A model generated the notes under the pieces. It did not search any database. It saw nothing but the letters and a program-made list of their open reading frames with translations, and was not told the DNA's origin. Made by a program: the position numbers and the translations under genes. Below are positions 33,699-44,374 of a stretch of DNA of 64,000 bases, one piece after another. Source of the stretch: a virus; the IMG/VR virus record IMGVR_UViG_3300024346_000008, positions 1 through 64,000 of that record, one strand, 5' to 3'. Positions within the stretch are counted from its first letter, which is position 1. Each line of letters opens with the position of its first letter.

Positions 33699-33938
33699 CT
33701 AATAATCATCCCCGTAAATACTAAATTGTTTAATAGGAATTACTGGATCGGGTTGTTCCATAATAGTATATAATAATCCCGCACCGGCGTCGATATAATA
33801 TTGACGGGCACCAACCTTTTGAAAGTAATGTTCTAATGCTTCGGTGAGTGAGGTATAAACTCGGGCGTCTTCTAATCCAATTTCCACCCATCTATCACCT
33901 GGTGGTAATCGTTTGAATATTTCTTTTTTGATTTCCAT
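33699..33938 (-). CDS. hypothetical protein
   Basis: coupled ORF. Confidence 0.7.
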   Translation of the reverse strand: MEIKKEIFKRLPPGDRWVEIGLEDARVYTSLTEALEHYFQKVGARQYYIDAGAGLLYTIMEQPDPVIPIKQFSIYGDDY

Positions 33939-36196
33939 TATTTTGTTGGTTTAGTTGCTTGTTTTTTGGTGGCTTGTTTTTGGCACCGATCTACTATTTT
34001 AGCATTGGTATTATTATTCATGTTCATTTTAACATTTGCTGCTGCAGCTGCGCATTCAAATTCGACAGTTGCTTTAAACTCCAATCCAATAGTTCCTTGA
34101 TAACCACTTCCTTTCTGTCTCGCACCAACAAGTGCGATAGGTATTTGTATACCATTTGCTTCTGCTCGGAATATTAACAATCGTTGTCCGGTATCCTTGT
34201 CCGTGATAACAGTAAGTCCATTACGAATGTCATCTAAATTATCCGTCCCGAACATCGCAGTCAGAGTTTTTCTAGATACGGCAACTCCACCCAAACACAT
34301 AGATTCCTCTCCAGAAGCTATGACACGGATTGGAAAGGTTTCTTGCAATTTATACATTAATCCATTCAACATATCAGCATTTGATACTGCAGCATCAACT
34401 GCAGCATTTCCAGCCTCAACTGCTAATTTATAATGTGCATCTAAGTTTGGTTTAAATGTGGAGTCACGATTCGATTCAAGTTCTGATGCAAGAACTACTG
34501 CTTTTAAAAATCTATCTTGCGGTCTGGATAACACGCCTGCTACTTCTAATGCTTGTTTCATCTCATCTTCGGTTGCACCAGTAGGCAACGATGACAATGC
34601 CTTGTGTGCAGCAACTGCAGTTTTTACTTCATCTTCATCCCACTGTTTTGGTGTTTTTTGAGCCGCCATTTTTTGTGCTGCGGCGCTCATATCTCCATCT
34701 TTACCAGATAGTTGTTGAACTAGAGTAACTCCACTTGCATATTGTCTATCTGAAAATGTTCTTACTAATTCTACCTTTTCCCGAACATCTTTCGGTAGTT
34801 TGTTCAATGCCTCTTCTTCCAGTTGTGCAATTCGTTCTCTTGCCATTTTCTTTGCTTTTTCTTTTGAACTGATCTTAAATAATGCTTGCAATTGCTCTTC
34901 GGCGGACTTTCGATCTTCAGCAGTTGATGACTTGCTAACTGCTTGCGATAGTAAAGAATCTAAATTATTATATTCTTCACGTTCTGCGGTATCTAATGCC
35001 TGTACAGCAAATACTACCACATCGGAAGTAGATCCATTTAATAAGAAAATTTTACCATCTTTTTTCAGACTTATTCTTGCAACCCTCGCCTGTGCTTGGC
35101 CGGCAACTTTAACTCTTAATGCAATATCCGTTGAAAATCCTTTATTTTTAGCTTCCAATCCAATACCCGCAATGTCTTGTGGGGTATCCCATGCAAACCC
35201 ATCGACTTCCCAATTACCCTCGCCGTATTCTGCATCCATTATAGAATTAAATGCTTCTGACTGGTTTAATGCGGCTTCAATCCACGACCTATCAAGTATT
35301 GCAGTTCCTACTTGAGATTCCGTATTTTCAACCATCTGATTTAATAATAACGCCACTTTTATTCGATCATCGGGGTCATGAATTGTCATTAATACCCCTG
35401 CTACAAGTTCACCCGCTTGTGCAGGAGGCTTTCCAGCGCCGGCAGCACCACCAGTTAATTCAGTAAACGGTGGTACATCACCCTTTAATTTTGTATTAGC
35501 TGCACGTTCAAGCAATTCTACATGGTGATCTGAAACTCCGTTATCTCTTAGAATCTGTCTGGTTTCTTCGTCAAAAACTTGTATAGATTCTGGTGCCAAT
35601 TTACGTTCTTGCATACGTGAGTAGTAATCATCCGATGCCTCTGGAAGTTCTCGTCTGTGATGTATTTCAATGTCTACGTCTGCTAATTCATCCGTAGTTG
35701 CACGGTCTGCGTCCACTCTGGCATTAACTGCGTCCGATGTAGGTTTTAATTGTTCGGGGGTTATGAATGCGTTTACCTCATTTCCTTGAGGAGTTTTAAT
35801 TGGTTCATCAAGAATGATAGCTCCCGTAGAATCAGATTTAGAAATCTTTCTTGGTTTAGTGTCTGATGTGGGTTTCGATTTACCCATCATTACTGCCCGT
35901 TTTTCAGGATCTTCTAAGTCTTTCTTTAACTGAGTGCTAATACCAGCAGCAGGATCTTTACCCATAGAACCAATCTTACCGGCAGGTTCCTTTTCTAACT
36001 TACCATCGGTTGCTGGATTATACGGACGATAGGTAGCACCGTCTTTTGATGGTGCGGCAATAGCTTGGTCCATACTTTCTTTAGAACCAAATGGTATTAC
36101 ACGTTCTTTGCCGTCTTTTCCTTTTCTAACGGCTTTAAATTCTCGACCAGCTTCTTTTAATATAGTACTAAGAAATTCAAGTAATAATTCTTTCAT
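33938..36196 (-). CDS. 752-aa hypothetical protein, possible PD-(D/E)XK-like motif
   Basis: QAGEL...STDI...RISLKK. Confidence 0.7.
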   Translation of the reverse strand: MKELLLEFLSTILKEAGREFKAVRKGKDGKERVIPFGSKESMDQAIAAPSKDGATYRPYNPATDGKLEKEPAGKIGSMGKDPAAGISTQLKKDLEDPEKRAVMMGKSKPTSDTKPRKISKSDSTGAIILDEPIKTPQGNEVNAFITPEQLKPTSDAVNARVDADRATTDELADVDIEIHHRRELPEASDDYYSRMQERKLAPESIQVFDEETRQILRDNGVSDHHVELLERAANTKLKGDVPPFTELTGGAAGAGKPPAQAGELVAGVLMTIHDPDDRIKVALLLNQMVENTESQVGTAILDRSWIEAALNQSEAFNSIMDAEYGEGNWEVDGFAWDTPQDIAGIGLEAKNKGFSTDIALRVKVAGQAQARVARISLKKDGKIFLLNGSTSDVVVFAVQALDTAEREEYNNLDSLLSQAVSKSSTAEDRKSAEEQLQALFKISSKEKAKKMARERIAQLEEEALNKLPKDVREKVELVRTFSDRQYASGVTLVQQLSGKDGDMSAAAQKMAAQKTPKQWDEDEVKTAVAAHKALSSLPTGATEDEMKQALEVAGVLSRPQDRFLKAVVLASELESNRDSTFKPNLDAHYKLAVEAGNAAVDAAVSNADMLNGLMYKLQETFPIRVIASGEESMCLGGVAVSRKTLTAMFGTDNLDDIRNGLTVITDKDTGQRLLIFRAEANGIQIPIALVGARQKGSGYQGTIGLEFKATVEFECAAAAANVKMNMNNNTNAKIVDRCQKQATKKQATKPTK

Positions 36197-36240
36197 AGAG
36201 TATCCAAGTGAGGTGACTTATATAAATAGAAGTTATTATT

Positions 36241-37017
36241 CTATTTCTGTAAATTTGTGACCGCCTTACTCAGCGCAATTTTCACATCGCTCATACCTTC
36301 ATATGCGGGAATCGTGCAGGTTGACCGATCTGCGAGGGTTACTGCTTTAAACTCTTCATCAGTGAACCATTCAACCGACATACCAAACATATCCATTAAT
36401 TCATGCATTGTAATTGAACCACTGTTCACTAAGTTATAGTAACCATTGGGCTTACCCGTTTCAATTAAATCACAAGCAACACGAACTGCTTCATCTAAAT
36501 CCGTGAGAGAGTTATGTCCAGAGTCAATTAACTTACCCGTTCTTGCATACTTAAGCACCTTCGTTAAGTAATTCTTTGGTTCATCGATTCCAGTAAACGG
36601 CATACGAATACGATAAACTTGTGCCTTATCTTTGAGGTGTACATCGGAAATACCTTTGCTAATAGAATAGGTACTACCAAAAAAATTTGGTGTAGCATCG
36701 ACGGAATCAATGTTACCTTGATAGATACATCCACTAGAAAAATGTGAGAATCGTATGTGTCTACGCTCACAGATATCATGTAATAACGCAGGATAAATAG
36801 CATTCCCACTAATAGTATTTTGCTGGTCGAGTTCACATGCATCAACATTGGGAACACCTGTGACTCCTGCACAATTTACTACCCAATCAACATGAATGCT
36901 TCCCAATATATCAATTGCTGCATCATGAGAACTAGTAAATACTCTATGCCCACGGGAAGATAGTTCGGTACTCATTTTATTTCCCGTCCATCCTCTACCC
37001 ACTACAAGTATACGCAT
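36241..37017 (-). CDS. NDP-4-keto-6-deoxyglucose 3,5-epimerase/4-reductase (RmlD-fold, NRS/ER-like)
   Basis: G.GWTG, NCAGVTGVPNVDACE, SSGCIY, YSISK, RIRMP. Confidence 0.8.
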   Translation of the reverse strand: MRILVVGRGWTGNKMSTELSSRGHRVFTSSHDAAIDILGSIHVDWVVNCAGVTGVPNVDACELDQQNTISGNAIYPALLHDICERRHIRFSHFSSGCIYQGNIDSVDATPNFFGSTYSISKGISDVHLKDKAQVYRIRMPFTGIDEPKNYLTKVLKYARTGKLIDSGHNSLTDLDEAVRVACDLIETGKPNGYYNLVNSGSITMHELMDMFGMSVEWFTDEEFKAVTLADRSTCTIPAYEGMSDVKIALSKAVTNLQK

Positions 37018-37021
37018 AACG

Positions 37022-37903
37022 TTATCCGATTAAATTTTGTAAATACATACCATACTTCGTCTTACTACATTTATCAATGAACGGTTGTATGTCTTCATCA
37101 CATACCCAATTATTATTTATAGCAATTTCATGCGGACTACCGATAAGATAATCTTGATGTTTTTGTATTGTTTGCACAAAATTTGATGCTTCTAACATAG
37201 AGTCGGGGTTACCCGTATCGAACCAGACGGTACCTCTTGGTAATGTAATTGCATTCAATGCTTTGTTCTTAAGGTATAATGCATTTAAATCTGTTATCTC
37301 CAACTCTCCACGTTTCGATGGAACCAGTTGCCTTACATAAAGATATACGCTTGGGGGGTAAAAGTAAAGACCCGTGACTGCCAAATTACTCTTTGGATAT
37401 GTGGGTTTCTCTTCCAGTGAGATAACTCTCAATGAACTATCCAGTTCGGCGACACCAAAGTCGGATGGATTCTGTACGGGATATAAGAATATATTTGCGT
37501 GAGAGTGCATAACAGACTTTAATAATCCAGTGAGTCCACCAGAGTAAAAGATGTTATCGCCAAGAATAAGAGCATGGTTATCGTAATCAAATACTAATTC
37601 ACCTAAGTAATTTTTGACAATATTAAACGCATCGGCAATACCAGTAGGATCATGTTGAACTAATACGGTAACATCAATTCCCAGTTCCGTTTGAGCGTTA
37701 TTAAATAACGAGACGATACTCCACTTTTCAGTAGGGGTAGTAATGACAATAAAATCTCTGATACCCGCCAGCATTAACGTGCTCAGAGAATAATATAATA
37801 ATGGCTTATCATAAATGGGTAATAACTGTTTTGTTGTGACCAACGTCGATGGATATAATCTGGACGATGTTCCACCCGCTAAAATAATTCCTAATGTTCG
37901 CAT
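37022..37903 (-). CDS. rmlA: glucose-1-phosphate thymidylyltransferase
   Basis: GIILAGG.SSRLYP.T...KQLLPIYDKP, EEKP, RGELEITD. Confidence 0.95.
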   Translation of the reverse strand: MRTLGIILAGGTSSRLYPSTLVTTKQLLPIYDKPLLYYSLSTLMLAGIRDFIVITTPTEKWSIVSLFNNAQTELGIDVTVLVQHDPTGIADAFNIVKNYLGELVFDYDNHALILGDNIFYSGGLTGLLKSVMHSHANIFLYPVQNPSDFGVAELDSSLRVISLEEKPTYPKSNLAVTGLYFYPPSVYLYVRQLVPSKRGELEITDLNALYLKNKALNAITLPRGTVWFDTGNPDSMLEASNFVQTIQKHQDYLIGSPHEIAINNNWVCDEDIQPFIDKCSKTKYGMYLQNLIG

Positions 37904-38862
37904 TGCTTTACCCATTCCATATTGTTCATATACCACTCAACTGTCTGTTGTAATCCTTGTTCAAAGGAAACGGTTGGTGTCCATCCGAGTTCCGCTTCGA
38001 TGTGTGAACTATCAATTGCATATCGGAAGTCATGTCCTTTTCTATCTTCAACGTATTCAATTAATGATCTAGGTTTGTTTAATAGATAAAGAATTGACAA
38101 TGCCACCGTTAAATTCGTGCGTTCAGCATCTCCACCAATATTATATTTATCACCAATCGTTCCCTTTGTCAAGACTAAATACAATGCTTCACAATGATCT
38201 TTCACGTACAACCAATCCCGAATGTTCATTCCTGTTCCGTAGATAGGAATCCTTTTATTATCCAGTGCTTGTTTAATAATCACGGGAATTAACTTCTCTG
38301 GATATTGCCGTGGTCCATAGTTGTTTGAGCAATTTGTAATTATTGCCGGCAGCCCATAGGTATGATGGAATGCTCGCACCAAATGGTCCCCAGCCGCTTT
38401 CGTAGCAGAGTACGGACTGTTTGGAGCGTATGGCGTAGTTTCCGTAAACGCGGAATCAATCGATGAGAGTTGCCCATACACTTCATCAGTAGATACATGT
38501 ACAAATCTAACGGAGTTATTCTTTTCAAAATAATTCTGTACTGATTGAATAAAATTATATGTGCTTAATACATTCGTCTTAACAAACGACGATGGATTAC
38601 TAATAGATTTATCTACGTGCGTTTCTGCGGCAAAGTTTATAATATAATCCGGAGCGTGGTAGTTCAGGATACTATTGATTGCATCACTACCGATATCCAC
38701 TTGATAGAATGTATATCTATCATTGAATGATTCATCTATTACCGATTTACCGGCATAGGTAAGTATATCAATGTTGATAACATCGTAACATGTATTGTGT
38801 AATATATACTCAATAAAATTACTACCAATAAATCCCGAACCACCAGTGACCAGTATTTTCAT
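37891..38862 (-). CDS. rmlB: dTDP-glucose 4,6-dehydratase
   Basis: GGSGFIG, AAETHVD, STDEVYG, YSATK, NNYGP.QYPEK. Confidence 0.95.
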   Translation of the reverse strand: MKILVTGGSGFIGSNFIEYILHNTCYDVINIDILTYAGKSVIDESFNDRYTFYQVDIGSDAINSILNYHAPDYIINFAAETHVDKSISNPSSFVKTNVLSTYNFIQSVQNYFEKNNSVRFVHVSTDEVYGQLSSIDSAFTETTPYAPNSPYSATKAAGDHLVRAFHHTYGLPAIITNCSNNYGPRQYPEKLIPVIIKQALDNKRIPIYGTGMNIRDWLYVKDHCEALYLVLTKGTIGDKYNIGGDAERTNLTVALSILYLLNKPRSLIEYVEDRKGHDFRYAIDSSHIEAELGWTPTVSFEQGLQQTVEWYMNNMEWVKQCEH

Positions 38863-38863
38863 A

Positions 38864-39226
38864 CTACTTTGCCCACTTCCCACGTTTTACCAACTGTGCA
38901 ATAATACCATATACTGACAGGTCTTGAAACGTGTCATCGATGGCTTCTCCTACGTTGTCCTTCTTCCCCAATACAACGAGTTGCTTAAATCGTTGGACCT
39001 TATCATTGATTCGAAAGAAAAGTCCCGTGAGCGACAATTGTACGTCATCTGGCGTGGATAATGAGGTACCTACTGCCACATTTCCTGTCCCATAATTTGA
39101 ATTCTTCAAACAAAAGGTTTCATATTGTTCGTGACAGATTTTCCAAAACTCTTCCGTCATCTGAGGATAGCTTTCCTCTGTTTGCTGAATTACATCTGGG
39201 TATTTGTATTGATAACCTTTGTCCAT
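38864..39226 (-). CDS. DUF1599-like (nucleotide-modification-associated, all-alpha) protein
   Basis: KNSNYG...RINDK..R...DTFQDL..Y. Confidence 0.7.
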   Translation of the reverse strand: MDKGYQYKYPDVIQQTEESYPQMTEEFWKICHEQYETFCLKNSNYGTGNVAVGTSLSTPDDVQLSLTGLFFRINDKVQRFKQLVVLGKKDNVGEAIDDTFQDLSVYGIIAQLVKRGKWAK

Positions 39227-39234
39227 ATTATATC

Positions 39235-39870
39235 CTATTGGTCGTAGTATTGTAAAATTTTATACATTTCACTGTATTGAAATGATCTTTTTTTATTAAT
39301 GAAATCTTCGTGAAACTGAGTAAGTTCCGGTGTCTGAAAATATGCAGAATCCATCTGACTAATGAATGCCCGTTGTAGACAATCAATTTTATTATAGAGT
39401 AATTTCTCATCCATTGCAACAAATAAATTCGGCACCCATTCTCTGAGAGTACTTACCGCTTTATACTCTACTAATGTTAATGGTTTACTTCGTGACAATG
39501 GATATAGAAAAGAATTTGTTATTTGATGTTCGTAATGAGAATCTATATTACTTGGCGAAAATACTAAATCAGTATCATCTAAAAATTGTTTTTCTAACAT
39601 GGTTACCCACGAAGAAATCGGAGTTGAATCAAATGTACACCCGTCAATAAAATGTAACTCTACATTTTTAACATCTAATAAATTCCAAAATAAGATATCT
39701 TCGTCAAATCTATTTGGTCCACTGGTACTATCGGTTGCGGTACCAGTGGACAGATATATCATATGAAACATAGTATCTGTATACTTTTTTACAAGGCCAC
39801 TCATGGATAACGCAGTATCGTCTGGGTGCGGACAGAGACACATTGCTCTATTCTTATTTAGGAATTTCAT
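39235..39870 (-). CDS. PIG-L family deacetylase
   Basis: PHPDD, DSHYEH. Confidence 0.85.
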   Translation of the reverse strand: MKFLNKNRAMCLCPHPDDTALSMSGLVKKYTDTMFHMIYLSTGTATDSTSGPNRFDEDILFWNLLDVKNVELHFIDGCTFDSTPISSWVTMLEKQFLDDTDLVFSPSNIDSHYEHQITNSFLYPLSRSKPLTLVEYKAVSTLREWVPNLFVAMDEKLLYNKIDCLQRAFISQMDSAYFQTPELTQFHEDFINKKRSFQYSEMYKILQYYDQ

Positions 39871-39871
39871 T

Positions 39872-40720
39872 TTATTTTCTAGTTAGATTGAATCCAAACC
39901 TTCTTCCTTTAACAAAAAATCGAATACCATATCGTCGCATAAAATCTCTAAACGCATCAGTAACTATATCATGGGTTCCTTGGCACTGGAATGTGGTGGT
40001 ATCTAAAGTCAATCCATTTAATATAATCATCGGATAGGAATTGTCAAGTCGTATTATCGGTTCGTTGTAATAACTCATTAATTCTGTAAACTCTGTACAA
40101 ATCTTTTCTAATAGTTGAACCTTCTGAACCCTTGTGGGTTCGGTAATGGTCTTTATAAGTTTTGCGGGAGTCCCAGCGTAAATTCCTTTCTCAACTTCCA
40201 GAGATTTAACGACGGTTGAATGAGTACCAATAACCACATTGTCAGTAATATTCACTCCCCCCATGATAACGCTTTTCCACCCAACAATAACATTGTTACC
40301 AATCTTAACTTCTTCAAACATATAGGGATAGCCTTCCAACACCGACGCCCAAAACCCATGTGTAATAATGTCTACATCATGTGATAACCCCACATCATCA
40401 CCAATAGTAACGGGACGTGCGAGATTGATATGTCCCGTGTGACACACCATTCGTTTCCCAATTTTTAAATTGGCATATGGAAAGTTTGCAGACCCCCCAC
40501 CGATAATCATACCTCGACTATCGGTGGGCATGTTAAAAAAGAAATCACCAATTTCTATATTTTCGCCAGTAGCAGTAAATCTGTCGCCTATGTAGGAATC
40601 GTCGCCAATTGAAAAAGTTCCCCGTACTTTGATTTGTACATTTTTTCCGAATACAACATTCTCACCAATAATTATTTTGTTTGCTTCAATGAAACCATTG
40701 TTTGGTAATTCCATTCTCAT
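39872..40720 (-). CDS. hexapeptide-repeat acyltransferase
   Basis: IG.NV.IG repeats, YAGTPAK. Confidence 0.85.
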   Translation of the reverse strand: MRMELPNNGFIEANKIIIGENVVFGKNVQIKVRGTFSIGDDSYIGDRFTATGENIEIGDFFFNMPTDSRGMIIGGGSANFPYANLKIGKRMVCHTGHINLARPVTIGDDVGLSHDVDIITHGFWASVLEGYPYMFEEVKIGNNVIVGWKSVIMGGVNITDNVVIGTHSTVVKSLEVEKGIYAGTPAKLIKTITEPTRVQKVQLLEKICTEFTELMSYYNEPIIRLDNSYPMIILNGLTLDTTTFQCQGTHDIVTDAFRDFMRRYGIRFFVKGRRFGFNLTRK

Positions 40721-41370
40721 ACCAAACCACCGCTAATTGTGATATTCTGGCCAGTAACATACTCAGTCTTGACCAAATATTCAATCGTCTGATACAATTC
40801 TTGGATAGACCCCCATCGTTTTAATCCAATGGTATTCTTAATACCGTCTGCAATTGTTGGATTAATTCGATGGCACATTCCGGCGTCAAAATACCCAAGT
40901 CTAATAGAATTACAAGTAATACCCTTTGAAATGTTTTCTGCGCTTGTAACTCGTACTAATGTATCTACAAAAGATTTTGATGCGCTATAGACAGCCGTAC
41001 TAGGAACTATTTTTTCAGACAGTACTGATGATATCAACACTATTCTTCCGAAATTGTTTTTGCGCATCATAGGTAAACAAGCAGACACTATATTAATATT
41101 ACCATTAATCGTAACATCAATAACTTTATTAACCTCGTTTCTATTACCGACAGTTATTTTGTGCATGAATGAGTCATAATTACAACCAGACAAGTTAACC
41201 ACAATATCAAACGAATTTTGTTCAAAGAAATTATATACTTGTGCCGCATCAGTAATATCAATATCTTTTGAACTTATCGTTGTAACATCATAGTCTTGTT
41301 CAAGAAGGGGTAGTATACCAGTTCCCAATCCACCAGACGCACCAAACAATATTAACTTACGCTTAGTCAT
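40717..41370 (-). CDS. SDR oxidoreductase
   Basis: GASGGLG, YSASK, TGQNI.ISGG. Confidence 0.9.
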   Translation of the reverse strand: MTKRKLILFGASGGLGTGILPLLEQDYDVTTISSKDIDITDAAQVYNFFEQNSFDIVVNLSGCNYDSFMHKITVGNRNEVNKVIDVTINGNINIVSACLPMMRKNNFGRIVLISSVLSEKIVPSTAVYSASKSFVDTLVRVTSAENISKGITCNSIRLGYFDAGMCHRINPTIADGIKNTIGLKRWGSIQELYQTIEYLVKTEYVTGQNITISGGLV

Positions 41371-42089
41371 TTTAGTAATCCATTGTTTCTGAGTACTTCT
41401 TGTACCCACATAGAAACTACTGGTCCTCGGTTTGGTTTTAGTGTCGTAATATAATGTAACTCATCGGCGGGAAGATTTTGCACATCATAATAAAATGGAT
41501 AATGGCGTGCCATATGATTTCCACCCATACGAATACTGTTGTCTCCCCACAAAGCCGGTGAGTTGGGTGCGTATACAGCAAACGAAGTATCAACTGGTGC
41601 TTTGTATAATTCAAATTTTTCGTGTGGAATTCTATTCTCTAAAAATTTACTTTCGATTTCTATTGCCTTTGCGGTTTGCCAAGAACCGTTTTGAGGAAGA
41701 TCATCTATTTTTATTCCAAGTCCAACTTTATGTAGGTTGAATTGGGCACATACTTCAATCATATTTTCAATGAAATTTTCTGGATTTTCATCAATAGGAA
41801 CCACATCAGAGTCCGTGTATACATAATATCCCTTGGTTATATCCGCAAATAATGGATGTTGTAATTGAACCAAGGTATATAATGTACTATTATCAAACCG
41901 TGTTTCCGGTACATCGTTCATGAATACGGTGACATTCGTTTGCTTATACCAATCCAGTAGTGGTTGATAGGTGGATTCATTATCAATGATAATTATATTA
42001 TTATAATTTCTCTTTTGTAATGAATTCACCAAATCTATGAGCGGTGGTAGTCTATCTTTATTTAAAATTACAATGGGAATATTTTTCAT
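41367..42089 (-). CDS. GT-A fold glycosyltransferase
   Basis: IIIIDN.S, TDSD. Confidence 0.75.
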   Translation of the reverse strand: MKNIPIVILNKDRLPPLIDLVNSLQKRNYNNIIIIDNESTYQPLLDWYKQTNVTVFMNDVPETRFDNSTLYTLVQLQHPLFADITKGYYVYTDSDVVPIDENPENFIENMIEVCAQFNLHKVGLGIKIDDLPQNGSWQTAKAIEIESKFLENRIPHEKFELYKAPVDTSFAVYAPNSPALWGDNSIRMGGNHMARHYPFYYDVQNLPADELHYITTLKPNRGPVVSMWVQEVLRNNGLLK

Positions 42090-42949
42090 CGTACCGATTC
42101 CTTTATCTGGCGTATCCAATTCTCTAATGTCATTTCTGCCTTCCACCCAAGTGTAGATAATGTCTTATCAACATCGGCTTTTCCATATCGTCTGTCGCCG
42201 CGGCGCGCTTCGATGAATTTAATCTCTGTATCAAACATACCCGCAACTTCCAATATACTATAATCCTTACCGGAACCTAACTGGTATTCTTCATTTTTTA
42301 TTTGAAGAGATGCGGCAATTAAACCATTTACAATGTCACCTGCGTATGTGAAATCTCTACGTTGTAGTCCATCACCTACAATAGTTAATGGTTGCTTATT
42401 TCGATATTGACTTTCGAAAATACCCATCACGGTCTGCCACTCATTATCCCACGTAGTTTGGTATTCGCCATAGACGTTGAAGAAATAACAAATACTATAC
42501 TTGATTCCGTACCAATCCGCATAATTTTTTAACATCTGTACTACTAATGCTTTGAAAAATGTATATGGTGAGTGATTCTCTCCTTCTAATGCCAACCGTG
42601 TGGACGATGCTGCATAGACAATAGGTATATTCTCTTCTTTTACGTATTCAAGAACTTCGAAACTACCTTTAATATTAAAATCAAATACGTTTTTAATTTC
42701 TTCATATGATGGCGTAATCTTTGAATACTCACCGAGATGATATATAATTTCCGGTACAAAGTCTATGTCTGTAAGTGTTTTACGTATATTCTTTGTGTGG
42801 CTATTTACATATTGTACTCCATCAATATGATTCTCCTTTTTTCCTGCACTATAATTATCAATGACAACCACAGTGTGTCCATCCAAATGTAACTTCTTTA
42901 CTAGATTCGTACCCACGAATCCTGCGCCACCGGTGACTAATACTTTCAT
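42086..42949 (-). CDS. NAD-dependent epimerase/dehydratase
   Basis: GGAGFVG, SPYTFFK, FNVYG, GDG.QRRDF. Confidence 0.9.
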   Translation of the reverse strand: MKVLVTGGAGFVGTNLVKKLHLDGHTVVVIDNYSAGKKENHIDGVQYVNSHTKNIRKTLTDIDFVPEIIYHLGEYSKITPSYEEIKNVFDFNIKGSFEVLEYVKEENIPIVYAASSTRLALEGENHSPYTFFKALVVQMLKNYADWYGIKYSICYFFNVYGEYQTTWDNEWQTVMGIFESQYRNKQPLTIVGDGLQRRDFTYAGDIVNGLIAASLQIKNEEYQLGSGKDYSILEVAGMFDTEIKFIEARRGDRRYGKADVDKTLSTLGWKAEMTLENWIRQIKESVR

Positions 42950-42970
42950 AAGTTATGTATCCTATTAATT

Positions 42971-43543
42971 TTATATTACCGGCGGAGTAAGTTCCCACGG
43001 CATTCCCGTCTTATTGAAAATCTTTTTAGCAATAGTAAGACCAGGGTTAAACGGAAGTGTTACAATCTCCCACTCATGGCCGAAGTTCTCACGTACAGCA
43101 ATTGCGGTCTTATACACACTACTACATAACGCAGGTATTGCCAATTCTTTTACTGGATATGTATCATGGAAAAATACAAATCCGTCTTCCACTACTAAGT
43201 CTTTTACATTTAAAAAGTCAATGTAAGATTGTTCAAATGTATGGTCGGCATCAATAAACACCATATCAAACTTCAGTGATTGTCCTTCAATACTTTTAAA
43301 ATAATCATCGGTTAACATTTGATGATACACCGCGTTCGGCGGAAGATTGAATTGTAACGGTGCAGAATCCACCGCAATTGCTTCTGTGCAATATGGGGCA
43401 ACTTCAACGAATGATTCTCCCGTTCTAACCCCGAGTTCTAAATAACGAACAGGACGAACCCAACCAGCCAAAAACTGCAATAGATTAACGTGGTCAAATG
43501 TTTCTGACGGTGGTGGAACGTTTCTTAGATAAATCGGCTTCAT
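42971..43543 (-). CDS. class I SAM methyltransferase
   Basis: YLELGV..G, FDMVFIDADH, FHD. Confidence 0.85.
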   Translation of the reverse strand: MKPIYLRNVPPPSETFDHVNLLQFLAGWVRPVRYLELGVRTGESFVEVAPYCTEAIAVDSAPLQFNLPPNAVYHQMLTDDYFKSIEGQSLKFDMVFIDADHTFEQSYIDFLNVKDLVVEDGFVFFHDTYPVKELAIPALCSSVYKTAIAVRENFGHEWEIVTLPFNPGLTIAKKIFNKTGMPWELTPPVI

Positions 43544-43570
43544 GTTACTACTCTCCTTGTTATAAAATTA

Positions 43571-44371
43571 TTAGTATTTTACGGGTGCTCCCCAGTTTGA
43601 TTGCATTACTACACCGAAATACACTGACGAAAAATCTTGTTCAGTATATCCCATTTGCTTATACATCTGATATTGCTGTGCGAAGTGAAAGAATTTAAAT
43701 ATCGGTTCGATGGGAATAATGTCGATTGACCTAGCGTGTAATAAATACTCACCATACCAAGTAAATTCAGAAGGACAAAATTCAATAAGTTTGGCAAATG
43801 TAAGTTCGTTTGGTTCGATATAGTTTGTTTCTAAATCTCTCCAAACTTTAGATGACCAAACAATTGGACCGGGGCCAAAATCATATACTCTACTCGTGCG
43901 ATCAAAAACTTCCATGATCTTTTTACGATCCTCAGTAAATGAACCGTATGGATCAAACCCCAATATGGATTTGAATTTAGCTGTCCATCCAAACAAATCC
44001 TTTTGTTCGTGCATAACAGTGTATGGAGTTGTCTCATCATACATAAAGTCTGTTACTCTGAAATCTTTGATGAAGTACGAATCGGAATCCAACATGACAT
44101 AATTTTCGCACAGACCAAGTTTCCAAAAACTACTCTTCACAATTTGCTGCGTTTTCCAACTTTGACCATCAACCGAATAAATGTCATCATCCGATAAAAT
44201 ATTTACATATGATGAGTCTAGTGCATTTTTAAACAGTGACACCTCATTACTAGGAACCGATATGTAATATGGTATGTTGTCTTTATTATATTTTTTGATG
44301 GATTCTACGCTTACTTTTAATCGTTCCAAATCATTACTATATGATTTAGTATATAACACTATTTTATTCAT
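43571..44371 (-). CDS. GT-A-like protein (DUF6492-like)
   Basis: W.TQQIVK, LDSD, SEF..YG. Confidence 0.65.
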   Translation of the reverse strand: MNKIVLYTKSYSNDLERLKVSVESIKKYNKDNIPYYISVPSNEVSLFKNALDSSYVNILSDDDIYSVDGQSWKTQQIVKSSFWKLGLCENYVMLDSDSYFIKDFRVTDFMYDETTPYTVMHEQKDLFGWTAKFKSILGFDPYGSFTEDRKKIMEVFDRTSRVYDFGPGPIVWSSKVWRDLETNYIEPNELTFAKLIEFCPSEFTWYGEYLLHARSIDIIPIEPIFKFFHFAQQYQMYKQMGYTEQDFSSVYFGVVMQSNWGAPVKY

Positions 44372-44374
44372 AAA

